From the NCBI GenBank assembly GCA_963676615.1, contig OY781092.1, forward strand, positions 928,001 through 992,000: a stretch of 64,000 bases of DNA. Reading direction: 5' to 3'. The first letter of the stretch is position 1, and each line of letters opens with the position of its first letter. The position numbers were made by a program, and so were the translations under genes. Of the stretch, positions 61,114 to 64,000 are shown one piece after another. Under the pieces are notes generated by a model that did not search any database, was not told the origin of the DNA, and saw only the letters and a list, made by a program, of their open reading frames with translations. This DNA comes from Candidatus Cloacimonadota bacterium (GTDB lineage Bacteria; Cloacimonadota; Cloacimonadia; G963667145).

Positions 61114-62768
61114 TTAAAACCAAGCCCAGCGTAGAAAATTTGGCGCCGTATCAAGGACCGCCAGCGGACAGAATCGAGAAAATCCGCCTAGATTTCAACG
61201 AAGTAAATTTGCCGCCATCACCAAAATTGAGCCAGTTAAAATTCGACCCGCTGCTCTCGGGCGTCTATCCGCAAGAGGACAAGCTCATCGAAATTTTGGC
61301 AAAACGGTTTGGCGTCGCACCAAATTCTTTGCTGATTTGCAACGGCTCAAACGAAGCTATCACCTTGATTTTTGAGGCGTTTATTCAAGAAGGCGATCAG
61401 GTGCTCATCCCATTTCCGACTTTTTCGGTCTACTATCTGTTGCTACAAAGCAAAAACGCCAAAATCAACAAAATCGCTTACGACGAAAATTTGCGCTTCC
61501 CCAAAGAAAAATTTCTGGCAGCCGCCAAAAAAAATCCCAAGCTCATCGTTTTGGTGAACCCCAACAATCCCACGGGCGATATGCTCTCAAAGGCAGAAGT
61601 CGAGCAAATTTTGCAAGCTGCACCCGACTCGCTGCTCGTGCTGGACGAGGCTTACATCCACTTTGCGGAAACGGAGCTGTGGGACTTGACACTGAAATAC
61701 GAAAATTTGGTCGTGCTCAGAACTTTTTCCAAAGCCTACGCTCTGGCAGGACACAGAATCGGTTTTGCCATCGCAAATCCTGCAACAATGTCGCTGCTCT
61801 ACAAGGTTTCACTGCCGTTTCGCATCAATTATTTTTCGCTAAAAGCCGCCAAAATCGCCCTTGCCGACGAGGAGCATTTTCAATACATTTTATCCACCAT
61901 CAAAGACGAAAAGCAAAAAATGGAGAAATTTTTCCACTCGCTAAAAATCGATTTTCTGCCTAGCCAAACCAACTTTCTTCTGGTCAAAACTGGCATATGG
62001 AGCAAAGCGATTTACCAAACTTTGGCAGAGCAAGGCGTTATGGTACGGCATCAAAAAAGCGGTCCGCTCAAAAATTACATCCGCATCTCGATGGGCACGC
62101 CAAAGCAGAACGAAATTTTTCGGGACGCTTTCCAAAAATTGTGGGCAAATCGGCTTTTGGCGTTCGATATGGACGGCACGCTCATCGATGTCGAACAGTC
62201 ATATGTCCAGTCGATTAAAGACACCGTCGAGCATTTTTCGGGGAAAGCGGTCTCGTCTGCGCAAATCGACGCTGTGCGGAAAATTGGCGGCTACAACAAC
62301 GATTGGGACTTAACGGAGTATCTTTTGCTGCAAGAAAAAATCGAAGTTGAAAAAACCGAAATTATCGAAAAGTTTGAAAATTTTTATCGTGAAAACAAAA
62401 AAACGGAAAAGTGGCTTTTGCCCAGCGAAGATTTGGCGGCTTTGAGCCAAGAGATTCCGCTGGCGATTTTTTCGGGACGACCACGAAAAGATATCGCTTA
62501 CGCTCTCGATTTTTTCCAGAAAAAAGAGTTTTTCGGCGAAATTGTCGGAATGGAAGACACAAAAGATAAGCCAAAGCCCGACGGTTATGGGCTGGAGTTA
62601 CTTCGCCAAAAATGCAACGCAAAGTTGATTGTATATGTTGGCGACACCGTGGACGATGTCAGCGCGGCGCTTTCCGCTGGCTGCGTTGCGGTCGGTTTGC
62701 CCCAAGATGAGCGGGCGGATTACTACCTAAAAAAAATTACCGAGATAAAAAATTTGGTGTTAAAATGA
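61110..62768 (+). CDS. hisC: Histidinol-phosphate aminotransferase fused to C-terminal HAD phosphatase
   Basis: LDFNE, NGSNE, NPNNPTG, DEAY, RTFSKAY.LAG.RIG; then FDMDGTLIDV, GGYNNDWD, SGRP, KPKPDG, GDTVDD. Confidence 0.92.
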   Translation: MIKTKPSVENLAPYQGPPADRIEKIRLDFNEVNLPPSPKLSQLKFDPLLSGVYPQEDKLIEILAKRFGVAPNSLLICNGSNEAITLIFEAFIQEGDQVLIPFPTFSVYYLLLQSKNAKINKIAYDENLRFPKEKFLAAAKKNPKLIVLVNPNNPTGDMLSKAEVEQILQAAPDSLLVLDEAYIHFAETELWDLTLKYENLVVLRTFSKAYALAGHRIGFAIANPATMSLLYKVSLPFRINYFSLKAAKIALADEEHFQYILSTIKDEKQKMEKFFHSLKIDFLPSQTNFLLVKTGIWSKAIYQTLAEQGVMVRHQKSGPLKNYIRISMGTPKQNEIFRDAFQKLWANRLLAFDMDGTLIDVEQSYVQSIKDTVEHFSGKAVSSAQIDAVRKIGGYNNDWDLTEYLLLQEKIEVEKTEIIEKFENFYRENKKTEKWLLPSEDLAALSQEIPLAIFSGRPRKDIAYALDFFQKKEFFGEIVGMEDTKDKPKPDGYGLELLRQKCNAKLIVYVGDTVDDVSAALSAGCVAVGLPQDERADYYLKKITEIKNLVLK

Positions 62769-63355
62769 ACAGAATTGCGAAAATCGAACGAAATACCAGC
62801 GAGACGAAAATCAAAATCGAGCTAAACCTCGATGGCGAAGGCAACTATCAAATCGACACAGGCGTCGGATTTTTCGACCATATGCTCGAAGGGCTCTGCA
62901 AGCACGGCTTGTTTGACCTGAAGCTGAAAGCAACGGGCGATTTGCATGTCGATCAGCATCACTTGGTGGAAGATGTCGGCATCGCTTTAGGGCAAGCTTT
63001 TGGCAAAGCTCTGGCGGACAAAAAAGGCATCGAACGCAGCGGCTATTTCGTCTATCCGATGGACGAGGCGCTCGCCGTGGTGGCTGTGGATTTAGGCGGC
63101 AGAGCCTATTTGCAATACGACTGCAGATTTTCGCGGCAATTTTGCGGCGGTCTGGATTTGGACTTAATGCCCGATTTTTTCGCAGGGCTATCCCAAAATA
63201 TTCCGGCAAATCTCGTGGTACGAATGCCATACGGTCGCAGCGATCATCACAAATTAGAGGCGTGCTTCAAGGCTCTGGCGAAGGCTCTACGCTTTGCCTG
63301 CGCCTATCTGCCACGAGCAACCGACAAAATTCCCTCAACCAAAGGCAGCCTATGA
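62765..63355 (+). CDS. hisB: Imidazoleglycerol-phosphate dehydratase (monofunctional)
   Basis: R.TSET.I, FFDHML, DQHHLVED, PMDEAL, DHH..EA.FKA, PSTKG. Confidence 0.97.
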   Translation: MNRIAKIERNTSETKIKIELNLDGEGNYQIDTGVGFFDHMLEGLCKHGLFDLKLKATGDLHVDQHHLVEDVGIALGQAFGKALADKKGIERSGYFVYPMDEALAVVAVDLGGRAYLQYDCRFSRQFCGGLDLDLMPDFFAGLSQNIPANLVVRMPYGRSDHHKLEACFKALAKALRFACAYLPRATDKIPSTKGSL

Positions 63356-64000
63356 AAACCTACCTCGAGTGCTTTCCCTGCTTCCTCAAACAAGCGTTAC
63401 ACATCGCCAAACTTTGCGGGCTGAGCCAAGCAAATCAAAAAAAAGTGATTGACCAAACTGGCGCCCTTTTTGCCCAAATCGACTTGAACGCTACCGCGCC
63501 GCAAATCGCCAGCATAATTCACGACAAGCTCAAAGATTTTTTGCAAAACGACGACCCTTACGCACAAATAAAAGAGCAAAATGTCGCCCAAGCGCTAAAA
63601 CTTGTGCCTGCGCTTACCTCCAAACTGCAAGCCGCAAAAAATCCGCTGCACAGCGCCGCTCGCCTTGCAATCGCTGGAAATGTTATCGACCTTGGCGCAC
63701 ACCAAAAATTTAATCTCGAACAAGAACTGCAGAGCGTGCTTACCGCCGGCTTTGCCATCGACGACTTCGACGATTTCGCCCAAGACATCAAAAAAGCTAA
63801 AAAAATCGTCTATCTTGGCGACAACACCGCCGAAGGCATTTTCGACAAAATATTCATCCAACAAATTGCAAAACCAACAATTTACACAACTCGCGAAATT
63901 CCCGTAATAAACGACATTACCACACAATGGGCAAAAAGAATCGGCATCGACACCGTAGCAAATGTCGTCAGTTCGGGAGCGAAAACGCCAGGAACTGTGC
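63352..64000 (+). CDS. DUF89/ARMT1-like damage-control phosphatase (partial, runs off window end)
   Basis: Hand translation: MKTYLECFPCFLKQA...DPYAQIK...AIAGNVIDLG...YLGDNTAE...PVINDIT; ATGA overlap with hisB. Confidence 0.88.
   Translation, partial: MKTYLECFPCFLKQALHIAKLCGLSQANQKKVIDQTGALFAQIDLNATAPQIASIIHDKLKDFLQNDDPYAQIKEQNVAQALKLVPALTSKLQAAKNPLHSAARLAIAGNVIDLGAHQKFNLEQELQSVLTAGFAIDDFDDFAQDIKKAKKIVYLGDNTAEGIFDKIFIQQIAKPTIYTTREIPVINDITTQWAKRIGIDTVANVVSSGAKTPGTV

Overview
A mostly housekeeping chromosomal segment from a diderm bacterium, probably an anaerobe. LptF/LptG and lipoproteins are present; the gene set is reminiscent of Candidatus Cloacimonadota, but that is only an inference. It encodes pstSCAB-phoU with a four-unit PHO box, tig-clpP-clpX, an EF-G paralog, rpoD, an ECF sigma/anti-sigma/Spy cluster, CIRCE-preceded htpG followed by a ubiquitin-like protein and an E1-like enzyme, aconitase and IDH, an intact IS256 with 8-bp target duplication, PEPCK, topA, glyS, a cstA operon, his genes, phoB/phoR, parAB, lptFG and three tRNAs. 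Main observations: (1) a cstA - small protein - Get3/ArsA-family ATPase - membrane protein operon, whose last gene shows ungapped motif similarity to eukaryotic PAT-complex subunit CCDC47, a candidate bacterial membrane-protein biogenesis module; (2) an AT-rich type II R-M island resembling ACGT-specific HpyCH4IV/Hpy99XI plus a putative HEPN protein, while I found no ACGT site anywhere in the 64 kb; (3) four intergenic mosaics of shuffled, co-varying hairpin modules, including CCGCTTCA...TGAAGCGG-bracketed cassettes with different cores; (4) a type II IDH with NAD-type specificity residues, a HisC-HAD fusion, and a tRNA-Val with C33. All family assignments come from recognised motifs; no database search was run.
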